64,000 nt of DNA from Deltaproteobacteria bacterium (lineage in GTDB: Bacteria; Myxococcota_A; Polyangia; JAAYKL01). Positions within the stretch are counted from its first letter, which is position 1. Every line of letters begins with the position of its first letter. The position numbers and the translations under genes are program-made. Below the pieces are notes generated by a model, which worked only from the letters and a program-made list of their open reading frames with translations, had not been told where the DNA came from and made no database searches. The stretch lies in assembly GCA_030595125.1 (NCBI GenBank), contig JAUVDV010000007.1:9039-73038 (forward strand), written 5' to 3'. This document shows, piece after piece, positions 18,182 through 28,003 of this stretch.

Positions 18182-19798
18182 ATGAGCGCGGACACTTATA
18201 CGGGAAAAACCCTCGACGGGAAGTATCGCCTGACCACTCTTCTGGGCCAGGGCGGTATGGGCTCTGTGTACAAGGGAGAGCACATCATCATTGGAAAGAT
18301 GGTGGCGATCAAATTCCTGCACTCGGAGCTCGCTCAGAACGAGGAAGTGGTCAAACGTTTCTACCGGGAGGCCCAGGCCGCCGCAGCCATCGGGCACGAC
18401 GCCATCATCGATGTGCTCGACGTGGGCATCTCTCCGAAGGGCGAACCTTACCTGGTCATGGAGTACCTGGAAGGGGAGAGCCTCGGCGAGATGCTGGCCC
18501 GCACGGGTCCCATGGAGCTGGGTGCGGCGTGCGGGATCATGGAGCCCGCCCTGCTGGCTCTCAACGCAGCGCATATCAAGGGAATAGTGCACAGGGATCT
18601 CAAGCCCGACAACATCTTCATTGTCCGCCAGGAAAATGCCCCCCCGAAGATCAAGCTCATCGACTTCGGGATATCCAAATTCATCGAGGGAGTTGGCGGG
18701 GAAAAACTCACCCAGACCGGTTCCGTCATGGGCACGCCGGCCTACATGGCCCCCGAGCAGGCCCGTGGCTCCGCCGATCTCGACCACAGGGCCGACATTT
18801 ACTCGATGGGCGTCATTTTCTATGAGATGCTCACCGCCAAGCTTCCCTTCAATGGAAGCAACTTCACCGAGATCATCATCAGCATCCTCACCGAGAACCC
18901 CGTTCCTCCTCTGGAGGCCTTCGAGGGATTTCCGGTCGAGGCACATGACGCGCTGTTTTGCTCGCTCAACAAGGATCCCGCCGACAGATATCAGAACGCG
19001 GTGGAATTTGTGGAGACCCTCAAGGGACTTACCGCGTTCGATGGTCGTCAGGACAAACTCACCCGGATAGCCGCAGCCGCCAACAAGATCACATTCGCCG
19101 GCGGAAGCCTGGGGGATACCTCCGGTGGGGGACTCGAAGACAGCCAGGTCGCGGCCAACGTGCTGTCCCAGGTGGCTGCCCGCCAGGGTACTCCAGCCGG
19201 GTGGACGCAGACGAAGCCCGCGTCAGGATCCCAGACCAGGACGCTCCTGCTCGTGGTCGCCGCCGCCGCAATCATAACAATCGGTGGTGTGATTACAGCT
19301 GTGCTCGTTTCGGGCAACAGTTCGGATCCGGCCCCGGGAACACTTGCGCCCGTTGAGGCCCCAACCGCGCCGCAGCCCACCTCGGTGACTATCAGCGTCG
19401 AAGGAGCGCCTGACGGCGCCCGCATCTTCTTCGACGATATGCTGGTGACCATAAATCCCTTCACGGTAAACAGGGTCGACTCGAACGCTATCCTGCGTGT
19501 CGAGAAAGATGGTTTCGAGCCCTTCGTGGCCTCGGTGATGCAGAACGCCGATCAGAAGATAGTCGTTTCGCTCAAGCCCGGATCGGCGGATTCGGCCTCG
19601 AGTGTTGTGCCCGAAAAGAGCGGGTCGGCAAAAAGCTCGTCCAGGTCGAAGAAGAAAAAGAAGAAGTCCAAATCGTCGACCGCGTCGCCTCCCGCGATTA
19701 CTTCCGCACCGGGACCCAAGACCACAAAGCCGCCAAAGAAAAATTCCTCGCTGCAAAAAGGAGCAAAGGGGACTAAGATGGCGGATAAATTCGAGTAG
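18182..19798 (+). CDS. Hanks-type Ser/Thr protein kinase with a TM segment, an extracytoplasmic PEGA domain and a Lys-rich tail
   Basis: GQGGMGSVYKG...VAIK...HRDLKPDNIF...DFGISK...GTPAYMAPE kinase subdomains. TM LLLVVAAAAIITIGGVITAVLV. PEGA-like SVTISVEGAPDGARIFFDDMLV...VEKDGFEPFV. KKKKKKSK tail. Confidence 0.85.
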   Translation: MSADTYTGKTLDGKYRLTTLLGQGGMGSVYKGEHIIIGKMVAIKFLHSELAQNEEVVKRFYREAQAAAAIGHDAIIDVLDVGISPKGEPYLVMEYLEGESLGEMLARTGPMELGAACGIMEPALLALNAAHIKGIVHRDLKPDNIFIVRQENAPPKIKLIDFGISKFIEGVGGEKLTQTGSVMGTPAYMAPEQARGSADLDHRADIYSMGVIFYEMLTAKLPFNGSNFTEIIISILTENPVPPLEAFEGFPVEAHDALFCSLNKDPADRYQNAVEFVETLKGLTAFDGRQDKLTRIAAAANKITFAGGSLGDTSGGGLEDSQVAANVLSQVAARQGTPAGWTQTKPASGSQTRTLLLVVAAAAIITIGGVITAVLVSGNSSDPAPGTLAPVEAPTAPQPTSVTISVEGAPDGARIFFDDMLVTINPFTVNRVDSNAILRVEKDGFEPFVASVMQNADQKIVVSLKPGSADSASSVVPEKSGSAKSSSRSKKKKKKSKSSTASPPAITSAPGPKTTKPPKKNSSLQKGAKGTKMADKFE

Positions 19799-19831
19799 AG
19801 GTTGTTGGAAACCAGCGTTCCTGGAGGTGAG

Positions 19832-21100
19832 ATGAAATCGAGATTCTCGTGCGTGGCACATGCCGTGGTAGTCGGTCTGGCCTTTATCGCAGTTACCGCA
19901 GTTGTACATGCGAACGAAAAAGAAGAGGCAAAGACCCATTTCCAGAACGGCTTCGCCATGATGGAATTGGAAGACTTTGCGGGCGCCGCAGTGGAATTCG
20001 AGGCGTCCGTGGCGAAATTCCCCACCAAGAACGCCATGTTCAATCTGGGCATGTGTCTCAAGGCAATGCACAAGTACCCTCAGGCGTTACAGGTTTTTCG
20101 GAAGATCCTCACACAGTTCGGCGCGGATCTTGGCGGCGAGATGCGATCGGAGGTCAGGAAAAACATTGCGTCGATAAACAAGATGATCGCGCAGGTGGAG
20201 GTCAACACCAATGTTCCGGGGGCAACGGTGCTGGTTGACGGGGAGGCAATGGGCACCACTCCACTGGGTCAGCCGCTGGTGATCGGCGCGGGGGAACACA
20301 GGATTCGCGTGTCTCTCGCCGGGTACGAGGATGTCGAGAAGACGGTGACCGTTGTTTCCCAGACCCGCAAGATCGTCGAATTCACCATGGCGCCGGCTGC
20401 CGGCGGGGGGGGTACCGGAGGCGTTCCGTTGGATATGGACGCCAAGGGAGCCCTTTTCTTTGCGCCCGGCGCGATCGCGCCGCCGCGGCCCGTACAGGGA
20501 TCGAGCGCGCCTCCGCCGCCCGGATCACTGACGCCTCCGCCGACCCCGCCCCTTCCCCCGATACCGTCTTCGGACGTTGGGCACACAATGAAAATCTACG
20601 GCATGGGCGTGGCGGTTCAGGCCGTGGGGATTGCGATCGGGCTCACCGTTCACTACGGATATGGTGGCACCTTGCCTCTCATCACGGCCGGAGGGCTGTA
20701 CTTCCTGGGATCCGCCGCAGCGGGGGGTGTGGTCACGTGGTTGTATGGAAACAAAAACAATTTCTATGATCTTCCCCCGTGGGCCGGTTTCCTCGGATCA
20801 GTGGCCGGCAACGGTCTGGCTTATGGAGTGGACGCATTGATATGGGTTGGTGTCATGGGGCAGGACAGCCCGGACGACGCCAACGAGAGCATGACCCTGT
20901 TTTCGCTTTACATGATCGCGATACTGATTCCCCCGGCCCTGGAGGCCGTTTCCTACGCAATCTTCAAGAAACCCGAGCCAAGATTCCAAAAAGCGGCCGC
21001 CTCGTTGGAAATCAGTGGCCCGATGATCGCCCCGATCATATCGATGGACGGCACGGGGCGCACAACCCTCGGTTGTCACATCATCGGCGGCAAGTTCTGA
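19832..21100 (+). CDS. Secreted TPR-like/PEGA-domain protein with a Pro-rich linker and a C-terminal hydrophobic Gly-rich domain
   Basis: RBS ggaggtg. Signal peptide MKSRFSCVAHAVVVGLAFIAVTAVVHA. PEGA-like NTNVPGATVLVDGEAMGTTPLGQPLVIGAGEHRIRVSLAGYEDVEKTV. It lies directly downstream of the kinase on the same strand. Confidence 0.6.
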   Translation: MKSRFSCVAHAVVVGLAFIAVTAVVHANEKEEAKTHFQNGFAMMELEDFAGAAVEFEASVAKFPTKNAMFNLGMCLKAMHKYPQALQVFRKILTQFGADLGGEMRSEVRKNIASINKMIAQVEVNTNVPGATVLVDGEAMGTTPLGQPLVIGAGEHRIRVSLAGYEDVEKTVTVVSQTRKIVEFTMAPAAGGGGTGGVPLDMDAKGALFFAPGAIAPPRPVQGSSAPPPPGSLTPPPTPPLPPIPSSDVGHTMKIYGMGVAVQAVGIAIGLTVHYGYGGTLPLITAGGLYFLGSAAAGGVVTWLYGNKNNFYDLPPWAGFLGSVAGNGLAYGVDALIWVGVMGQDSPDDANESMTLFSLYMIAILIPPALEAVSYAIFKKPEPRFQKAAASLEISGPMIAPIISMDGTGRTTLGCHIIGGKF

Positions 21101-21204
21101 TCAGCATTTGCTGTGACGAAACTTCCATATTTTTGGAAAAATCTACCGAAAAAGAACTCTAATCGGTTAAAATCAGTAGCTTCGTTTTTCAGACAGGAGT
21201 TGTG

Positions 21205-22923
21205 ATGACCCGTATAAATTCGTTTGTCATTTTCATTTTGGTTTGTTTCGTTTTCTTGTGGTCGAGCTGTGGCGAAGGTTCGGGGCTGAGCCAGTTCATG
21301 GATTCGGGAACGAACGATACGGACGGCGATTCGGATACGGACGGCGATTCGGATACGGACGGGGATTCGGATTCGGACGGCGATACGGACGGGGATTCGG
21401 ATTCAGATACGGATACGGATGCCGATTCGGACACGGATTCGGATACTGACGCCGACACTGATACGGATTCCGACCCGGAGTGCCTCGACATGGATTCGGA
21501 CTGGTGGTGCGAGGACTTCGATTGCAACGATACGGATTCGTCCATCAACCCTGGCATGACCGAGATTCCCGGCAACTCGATCGATGACGATTGCGACGGG
21601 TTTACCGACGAGACCGGGACCGACACTGACACGGACACTGACACCGACACGGATACGGATACGGGCACCGACACGGACACCGACACTGATACTTCGACAT
21701 GCGGAACCAGTGTTTTCGTACCGGAATGCGGAACCCCCACGGGTTGTAACTACTCGCTCGTAAACGAGGCAGCGCATTGCGATGGTCTCGACAACAACTG
21801 CAACGGCACCGTGGACGAGGGTTGCTCGTGTCAGATCGGGATGGTTCAGAGCTGCTTCCTCGGACCCCCCAACTACCACAACGTGGGCGCGTGCGTTGAC
21901 GGGTCGCAGAGCTGCGTGCCCGTGGGAGAATTCGGAACATGGGGCCCGTGCACCGGCGGAATAGTACCAACTCCCGAAGTCTGCGATTACGTGGACAACG
22001 ATTGCGACGGGTGCGTTGACGACGATCTCTGTTGCTCACCGCCCATCGATTGCTCGTACCCCGTGGGCGATGCCCAGCCTTTCGTAACCAAAACGATCAC
22101 CGGTTATCCGGGAATCTACAACGCATCCGACTGGAACACCGCCATATGGACCTGGTCGCTCACGCAGGGGCCGTGCGATATCGTGCTGGGAACCAACAGC
22201 TTCACCATGAACGGATCCGCCGTCACCTCGGTCTCGGGAGCGGGTCTGTCGACACTCAATCTCTATTTCAATCTGTCGGGAACGCACACATTGACGCTCA
22301 CCATCGTGTCCCCGATTAACGGAACCCTCACCTGTACCTGGGTGATAAACGTGGTTGCCCAGGGACTTCGTGTCGAGCTGTGCTGGGATACCACCGGAAC
22401 AGCGGACATAGATCTGAGACTGGGTAGAACGGATTCCAGTTACACGAGCGACTGGTTCTCGACCACGTTCGGGCACGAGGACTGCGGGTACAACAACTGT
22501 AAAGACTACAACCACGCCGTTAACTGGGGTTATCCGGATGTCGGCGGCAACCCGAACCCTCGCCTCGATATAGACAACATTTCCACGTCTGGTATTCCGG
22601 AGAATATCAATCTCGACAATCCGGGTTCGGGTCACAGCTTCCGGGTGCTCGTGCACTACTACGGCACATCGACCACCACACACCCGGTGGTCAATATCTA
22701 CTGCGGCGGAATACGCAAGACCACCTTCGGGTTGAGCCCGCAGGTCACCGGTTTCAACAACGCTGGATATTGGGACGGCGGGGACGGATGGAAGGTCGCC
22801 GATATCGAATGGGCCGGCGGCGTGTGGAGCGACACGTGCGTCATCGACCCGGTGCTGACCACGTCGTCGGCTTACTGGGTGGAGACCGGGCCGTTCAGCT
22901 GGAACAACCCCACATTCCCGTAA
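21205..22923 (+). CDS. (S/T)D-repeat lipoprotein with three CxDxDNDCDG metal-binding-like motifs and a large C-terminal beta-rich domain
   Basis: RBS aggag 5 nt before ATG. Lipobox FLWSSCGEGS. Two TD/SD tracts. Motifs SIDDDCDGFTDE, CDGLDNNCNGTVDEGC and CDYVDNDCDGCVDDD. Confidence 0.65.
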   Translation: MTRINSFVIFILVCFVFLWSSCGEGSGLSQFMDSGTNDTDGDSDTDGDSDTDGDSDSDGDTDGDSDSDTDTDADSDTDSDTDADTDTDSDPECLDMDSDWWCEDFDCNDTDSSINPGMTEIPGNSIDDDCDGFTDETGTDTDTDTDTDTDTDTGTDTDTDTDTSTCGTSVFVPECGTPTGCNYSLVNEAAHCDGLDNNCNGTVDEGCSCQIGMVQSCFLGPPNYHNVGACVDGSQSCVPVGEFGTWGPCTGGIVPTPEVCDYVDNDCDGCVDDDLCCSPPIDCSYPVGDAQPFVTKTITGYPGIYNASDWNTAIWTWSLTQGPCDIVLGTNSFTMNGSAVTSVSGAGLSTLNLYFNLSGTHTLTLTIVSPINGTLTCTWVINVVAQGLRVELCWDTTGTADIDLRLGRTDSSYTSDWFSTTFGHEDCGYNNCKDYNHAVNWGYPDVGGNPNPRLDIDNISTSGIPENINLDNPGSGHSFRVLVHYYGTSTTTHPVVNIYCGGIRKTTFGLSPQVTGFNNAGYWDGGDGWKVADIEWAGGVWSDTCVIDPVLTTSSAYWVETGPFSWNNPTFP

Positions 22924-22969
22924 CCCCATCCCGGCCTTCCCCTGAGATAGGGGAAGGGGAAGATGATGG
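22924..22969 (+). repeat. About 45-nt conserved hairpin element, copy A (ccccatcccggccttcccct-loop-aggggaaggggaagatgatgg)
   Basis: 9-bp stem ccttcccct/aggggaagg with loop gagat. Lies between convergent gene ends. The same element occurs at 52841, 58478 and 60927. Confidence 0.8.
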
Positions 22970-22979
22970 GGGCCAACTT

Positions 22980-23297
22980 CTAGTGCCCTATTGAGCGCGT
23001 GAGCAGCCGCTCAATTAATCCCTGACTGTAGGTGGTGAGTTCGGTGAAGACCACGCCCATACCCGGCGGATCGTCCTCCACGCGCACCACCTCGCCGGTG
23101 CCCTCGATGGTTTCGATGTCCTCCATGATGACCGTGAACCGCAGGTTGACATAGGTGCCGATCTCGAGCGGAACCTTGGACCGGATGAAGACACCGCTCC
23201 TCGAAATATTCGTCACGTACTCATGGATGAACGCGTCGAAGCTCTCGAACTCCTTGTTGATCGTGACTCGTTCCTGGTCTCTATTTGAATCGTTCAT
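22980..23297 (-). CDS. PilZ-domain protein (c-di-GMP-binding type)
   Basis: 105 aa starting MNDSNRDQERVTINKEFESFDAFIHEY...LSRSGVFIRS...GTYVNLRF...GEVVRV, which matches the PilZ fold pattern. RBS aggagg upstream. ATGA overlap with the rng stop. Confidence 0.65.
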   Translation of the reverse strand: MNDSNRDQERVTINKEFESFDAFIHEYVTNISRSGVFIRSKVPLEIGTYVNLRFTVIMEDIETIEGTGEVVRVEDDPPGMGVVFTELTTYSQGLIERLLTRSIGH

Positions 23298-24847
23298 GAT
23301 TCCTCCTGGCCCTTGCCCGGGTGGCGGGCACGAACCTGAAATTCTTCCAAATGGACCGTCTTGTCGGACGTGACGATCACCTTTTTTCCGATCTTGTTCT
23401 GGAGCGCTTTCAAGGGGCGCGAGCCCTCGCCCTTGAAGACCTCGGCCACGAACGGGTGGACCTTGATCTCGATCTGAGGGCTTCGGATCTCGTCGTGACG
23501 TCGCCGGATCTCTCGAAGCACCTCGTTTGCCACCGTTACCCGCGAAAGGGTGTTTCCGGTTCCGTCGCAGTATATGCACCTCTCGTGGAGGGTGCGCCCG
23601 AGGCTCTCTCGTGTGCGCTCCCGGGTCATCTCCACCAGGCCGAATCGCGAGATCTGAATTACCGATGTCTTGGCCCGGTCGTTTTCGAGGACCCCCTTGA
23701 GGATCTCCATGACCTTGTTTCGGTTGGCAGGACGGTCCATGTCGATGAGGTCGAGCACTATCAATCCGCCGATGTTGCGAAACCGTACCTGGTAGGCGAT
23801 TTCCTTGACGGCCTCGAGATTGGTGCGCAGGATCATTTCTTCCTGATCCCTCGACCCCTTGCCCACAAACTTCCCGGTGTTGACGTCGATGGCGGTCAGC
23901 GCCTCACCCTGGTCGATGACCAGGGATCCACCCGATGGGAGTTCAACTACCCGGTCCAGAGCACGCTTGATTTCCTCCTCGATACCGAACGCGTCGAAGA
24001 TGGGCTCATCACCGTCGTAGACCTGGATAGAATCGAGCCGGGCGGGCATCAAACTGTCCACGAAATCCCTGAGTTGATTCGCGGTCTGGACGTCGTCGAT
24101 CACCATTCGCCCCACAGAATCGTTTAGGCGATCTCTTGCCGCGCGCAGGGGAAGCGACAGCTCCTCGTAAAGCAGCCCGGGTTTCGAACGCTTCTTGTAG
24201 CGGTCCAGGATCGATCTCCAGGTATCGGTCAGGTATCCGGAGTCCGCTTCGAGGGCGTCGGCGCTCGCGGATTCGGCAACGGTCCTGGCGATGAGGCCTC
24301 CCTTTCCCGGAGCGATGCGCTTCAGGATCTTGGAGAGCCTCTTGCGCTCCTCTTCCGTGGAGATTTTCCTGCTGATGCCTCCCCTGTCGCTGAAGGGCAT
24401 GTATACGAGGTGTCGCCCTGCCAGGGACACTTCGGCGGTGATCCGGCATCCCTTGGTGCCGATTGGATCCTTGGAGATCTGAACGCAGAGGGGTTCACCT
24501 TCCTTGACTATTTCCTTGATCGAGGTGCGTCGCGATTTTCGGCGAGGCTTGTCCCCGTTCTCGCGACCGTTCGTTTCGCCCGAGTTCGCATCGGTGAACG
24601 GTTCGAGTTCGTCACTGGTGACTATGTCGGACACGTGGAGGAAGCCGTGTTTCTCCAGGCCAACATCGACGAACGCCGCCTGCATCTGAGGAAGTACGCG
24701 ATTCACTCTTCCCCTGTAGATGTTGCCTACCAGGGAACGATTCTGAGCGCGCTCCAGCATCAACTCCACGATCATGCCGTCTTCGATCGCCGCCACCCGG
24801 GTTTCTCCGAAATCGACGTTGATGACAATTATGTTTTCTTGCGACAT
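23294..24847 (-). CDS. rng: Ribonuclease G/E family endoribonuclease (S1 domain plus RNase E/G catalytic domain)
   Basis: MSQENIIVINVDFGETRVAAIEDG...LVGNIYRGRVNRVLPQMQAAFVDVGLEKHGFLH...DVNTGKFVG...FRNIGGLIVLD.... Confidence 0.85.
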   Translation of the reverse strand: MSQENIIVINVDFGETRVAAIEDGMIVELMLERAQNRSLVGNIYRGRVNRVLPQMQAAFVDVGLEKHGFLHVSDIVTSDELEPFTDANSGETNGRENGDKPRRKSRRTSIKEIVKEGEPLCVQISKDPIGTKGCRITAEVSLAGRHLVYMPFSDRGGISRKISTEEERKRLSKILKRIAPGKGGLIARTVAESASADALEADSGYLTDTWRSILDRYKKRSKPGLLYEELSLPLRAARDRLNDSVGRMVIDDVQTANQLRDFVDSLMPARLDSIQVYDGDEPIFDAFGIEEEIKRALDRVVELPSGGSLVIDQGEALTAIDVNTGKFVGKGSRDQEEMILRTNLEAVKEIAYQVRFRNIGGLIVLDLIDMDRPANRNKVMEILKGVLENDRAKTSVIQISRFGLVEMTRERTRESLGRTLHERCIYCDGTGNTLSRVTVANEVLREIRRRHDEIRSPQIEIKVHPFVAEVFKGEGSRPLKALQNKIGKKVIVTSDKTVHLEEFQVRARHPGKGQEES

Positions 24848-24968
24848 GCGACCGTTAGCGCACTTTCTGTAATAGGACGGCCGGCGACAACCGCGGACCG
24901 ACCGGATGGAAGTGCTGAACAAAGGTACACTCCCATGCCATTGATGATCAAGATAACGATGAGGGCGC

Positions 24969-25664
24969 TCAGGGCCTAATAATTTTGGCTCCTTTGGGGG
25001 GCACGAAGATGAATCGCTTGTGGCCGATGCCGATGTTGGTCTTGACGTTGGTCAGGGTGAAACGGGTGGCGGTGCCGGCGCGGTCGATCAGGACGACCCG
25101 GCTCACCGATGGGCAGGAACCTTCCATGGTCAGGAGTATACGTTCCACCAGCGGGATCGGTGTTCGGGGAACCAGCTCGACGACCCCTCGGGATCCTTTC
25201 GCCGGCTGCGCATCCCCTCCCACAAAACGGGTGTCGAACGCCTGTGTCTCGCGCTCTCCGAGCACAAAGCCAAATGCCAGCGCGACCATATCCTTGCGTG
25301 AAGATCCCTCGATGACGGTCCTGGTTTCAGGTTTCCAGGCGCGGACCACCTTTCCGTCTGAAACCACCAGCATGCGCTGCGGTTTCTTGTATTCCAGACG
25401 GATCCTCGATCCCCGACGGAGTTGAACCGTGCCCTCCATCACCTCCATGTCACCGCCCAGAACGTGGATTGTCTCCTGCGTGAAGTCGGCCTCCAGGCTG
25501 AACACACCATCGAGGCAACCACGTCCGTGGTCCAGCCATGCCTCGATCGGATCCGTCTGGGCGCCGAGTCGATCTCCGGGGAAAGAGGCCAGGGAGATCG
25601 TCGCCAGAACCCAGATACAGGCAACCGCCGGGGTAACTTTCAACGATGTGATGAAGTGTTTCAC
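24969..25664 (-). CDS. LolA-like periplasmic lipoprotein-carrier family protein
   Basis: Signal peptide. Size and beta-rich pattern resemble LolA/LppX-fold proteins. Assignment is tentative. Confidence 0.45.
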   Translation of the reverse strand: MKHFITSLKVTPAVACIWVLATISLASFPGDRLGAQTDPIEAWLDHGRGCLDGVFSLEADFTQETIHVLGGDMEVMEGTVQLRRGSRIRLEYKKPQRMLVVSDGKVVRAWKPETRTVIEGSSRKDMVALAFGFVLGERETQAFDTRFVGGDAQPAKGSRGVVELVPRTPIPLVERILLTMEGSCPSVSRVVLIDRAGTATRFTLTNVKTNIGIGHKRFIFVPPKGAKIIRP

Positions 25665-25672
25665 TGCTTGTC

Positions 25673-27013
25673 TCAGGGAAGGGCGATGGCCTGCCTCGCG
25701 GCCTCGAGGAGATCATTCATTTCCGATCCCCTGGTGAGATCCAGAACGCGAACACCCAAGCGGACGACCTCGGAGCGCCTGGTCTCCAGATGCGGAAGCA
25801 CCCCGTTCGCCAGGGAGGTATCGTCCGGTCCCTTCAGGCGCGTGGAAGTGATCTGAATAGCCGAACCGTCCTTGAACGGGTGAATAGTTTCCTGGGTGTC
25901 GACCCCGGCGGACCGACGACCGATCAGTATACCGCGCCCGGCTTTTCGAATGGCAGATGCGAAAATTTCCGCCAGGCCACTGGTTCCGCCGTTGATTACC
26001 ACTGCCACGGGAACGTCCAGGCGTTCACCGGGCGACCCGGGCTTCGCAGCCCATTTCCGGCTGCCCAGATCCCCGCGCATTTCCTTTGAACCGATGGAAC
26101 CCTTCTTGAGCAACAGGTCCGCCAGGGCGATCATTTCGTCCTCGCCGCCCGCCGCCGCGTTCCTCAGATCGAGCACCAGCCCGCCACAGGATCCGGCGAG
26201 TTCGCGAGCGACGGTTTTTGCCAGACCCTTTCCGAAATATCTCACGTGAATCGAGACCAGGTCCCCGTGACGTTCGAGCAAGAAGGGTGTGAAACTCCAC
26301 GGCGAATAACAGATCTTGATATCTCGTGTGACGCCTCCCCTCCGGGTAACCGAAACCTGGATCTTGTGACCGTCCGCTCCCCACAGCGCGGCGAGCGCAA
26401 TCGGACGCCTGACTCCCGAAACGCCCTTGCCGTTGATCCGGATGATCCTGTCCCCGTGAAGCAGGCCCGCATCGTACGCAGGGGAGCCCTCGTGAACCGC
26501 TATGATCTCGAGGACGTCGTCTTTTGGATAGACTCGCAATCCGAAGCCGACGAAATCTTCCGGAATGGATCCGATCTTCTTGTACGCGGACGGCAGAATG
26601 TAGAACCCGGAGGGATCTTCCATCGCCTCGACCATGGCGTCCATCACGTAGCGCTGGAAGACCGTCTTGTCGAAATCCTCTTGTGAAAGGCTGGCGGCGG
26701 CCAGGGCGGACTCCAGAATTCCGCGCCATGCTCGATTAGCGTCCGGTCCGCTCACCCCCTTTTTTGGAGGGAACATGCCGGGGATCTTGCATCCGGGCGC
26801 CGCAAGATCTTCCCCGCAGACACGCACAGTCCCCGCGCGCAACAGTGTTGCCTCGGGCGGTGGGGCAAGGGCCTTGTTCCGCAGAAAACGCAGGGCCTTT
26901 TCCACCAGGGGCATGGTGACGTTGACGCCCCGCGAGTCGGCAGAGGTCAAAACCGGGATCATTAGAGCACAAAGGAGAACGACCGTTTTAGTGTTCCGAA
27001 GGCGTCCGCGCAT
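25673..27013 (-). CDS. ctp: C-terminal processing peptidase, S41 family, with a PDZ domain
   Basis: PDZ-like GFGLRVYPKDDVLEIIAVHEGSPAYDAGLLHGDRIIRING. S41 core GLVLDLRNAAAGG...VVINGGTSGLAEIFASA. Confidence 0.8.
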   Translation of the reverse strand: MRGRLRNTKTVVLLCALMIPVLTSADSRGVNVTMPLVEKALRFLRNKALAPPPEATLLRAGTVRVCGEDLAAPGCKIPGMFPPKKGVSGPDANRAWRGILESALAAASLSQEDFDKTVFQRYVMDAMVEAMEDPSGFYILPSAYKKIGSIPEDFVGFGLRVYPKDDVLEIIAVHEGSPAYDAGLLHGDRIIRINGKGVSGVRRPIALAALWGADGHKIQVSVTRRGGVTRDIKICYSPWSFTPFLLERHGDLVSIHVRYFGKGLAKTVARELAGSCGGLVLDLRNAAAGGEDEMIALADLLLKKGSIGSKEMRGDLGSRKWAAKPGSPGERLDVPVAVVINGGTSGLAEIFASAIRKAGRGILIGRRSAGVDTQETIHPFKDGSAIQITSTRLKGPDDTSLANGVLPHLETRRSEVVRLGVRVLDLTRGSEMNDLLEAARQAIALP

Positions 27014-27033
27014 GATCGATGAGTTCCTTTCCC

Positions 27034-27894
27034 TCAAGGATGCCAACCCCATCCAGGATACCATCGATTCGCGATCATGTAGAAGAGCACGGTATCGATC
27101 ATCAGGTGCAGGATGATGATGTAGGCGAGCGATTGGGTTTTCTTGTACGTGTAGCCTTGAATCAGCGCAAAGGCGAAGATCAATATCGGGCCCACACCGA
27201 AGAAAGCCATGTCGTAGAGAAAGGCGGTGAAGAAGACCGCCTGGGCCAGGTTTGCCTCACGGAAACTGAAGTGTCGCAACAGGAGCACGAAGGCGAAGTT
27301 GATCCACGCCAGCTCGTCCCATATTCCGACCAGGTTGCAACCCCAGAATATTCGCCAAAGGCCCTCGGTCCGGTCTCCTTCCAGGGGCAGTGGCCATGCG
27401 TGATGGAGGGTCGGCGTCCATTTGAAGAAATAGGCCCACAGTATTGCGAAAGCCAGAGCGGTGCCCAGAGGCAGCCAGATCCACATTTGGAGGGACCATC
27501 GGCCGCTGAACCACCGGTAGTCCAGCGGTGTCTTGAGCCAGTATTTTGCGAGCAGGGCGGGCACCACAAGGATCCCGACGCCGAGCGTGAGGGTCAGTTC
27601 GAGCACGTGCAAATTGGATGTGTCCCCGTCGACCCTGGTGAACCAGAGCACCGTCATTGTGTACGCGAAAAGGACGCAGGTCTTGAACCAATTTCGGTCC
27701 GGACAGCGCCTGGAGAGCAGCAACGATGCCCCCATGAGGGGCCAGCCGAAGAGATTCCAGAAGGGCCAGCCGACCCGGTCTTCCTTGAGGGCGACGATGA
27801 AGATCATGGCCGCGCACATGAGCCACAGAGAGACCCTCTTGGACGTCAACAGGGACGTTGCGCGGGGTGTGTTGTCCATTGCGTTCGTCATCAT
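27034..27894 (-). CDS. CPBP (CAAX protease/Abi) family intramembrane metalloprotease
   Basis: Polytopic protein. Motif 1 EE-like WDELAWINFAFVLLLRHF (E-E-x-x-x-R), then FxxxH-like TAFLYDMAFFG, then HLMIDT (HxxxD/N). Confidence 0.65.
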   Translation of the reverse strand: MMTNAMDNTPRATSLLTSKRVSLWLMCAAMIFIVALKEDRVGWPFWNLFGWPLMGASLLLSRRCPDRNWFKTCVLFAYTMTVLWFTRVDGDTSNLHVLELTLTLGVGILVVPALLAKYWLKTPLDYRWFSGRWSLQMWIWLPLGTALAFAILWAYFFKWTPTLHHAWPLPLEGDRTEGLWRIFWGCNLVGIWDELAWINFAFVLLLRHFSFREANLAQAVFFTAFLYDMAFFGVGPILIFAFALIQGYTYKKTQSLAYIIILHLMIDTVLFYMIANRWYPGWGWHP

Positions 27895-28003
27895 GGAACC
27901 AGGGAGAACTTACACCGAACCGGGGTTCCTGCTCAAGCTCCGGATTGCGACCGGCCCATATCGGGTCTATGTTAGCAATTGAGATGAAAGGTAAATATAG
28001 ATC

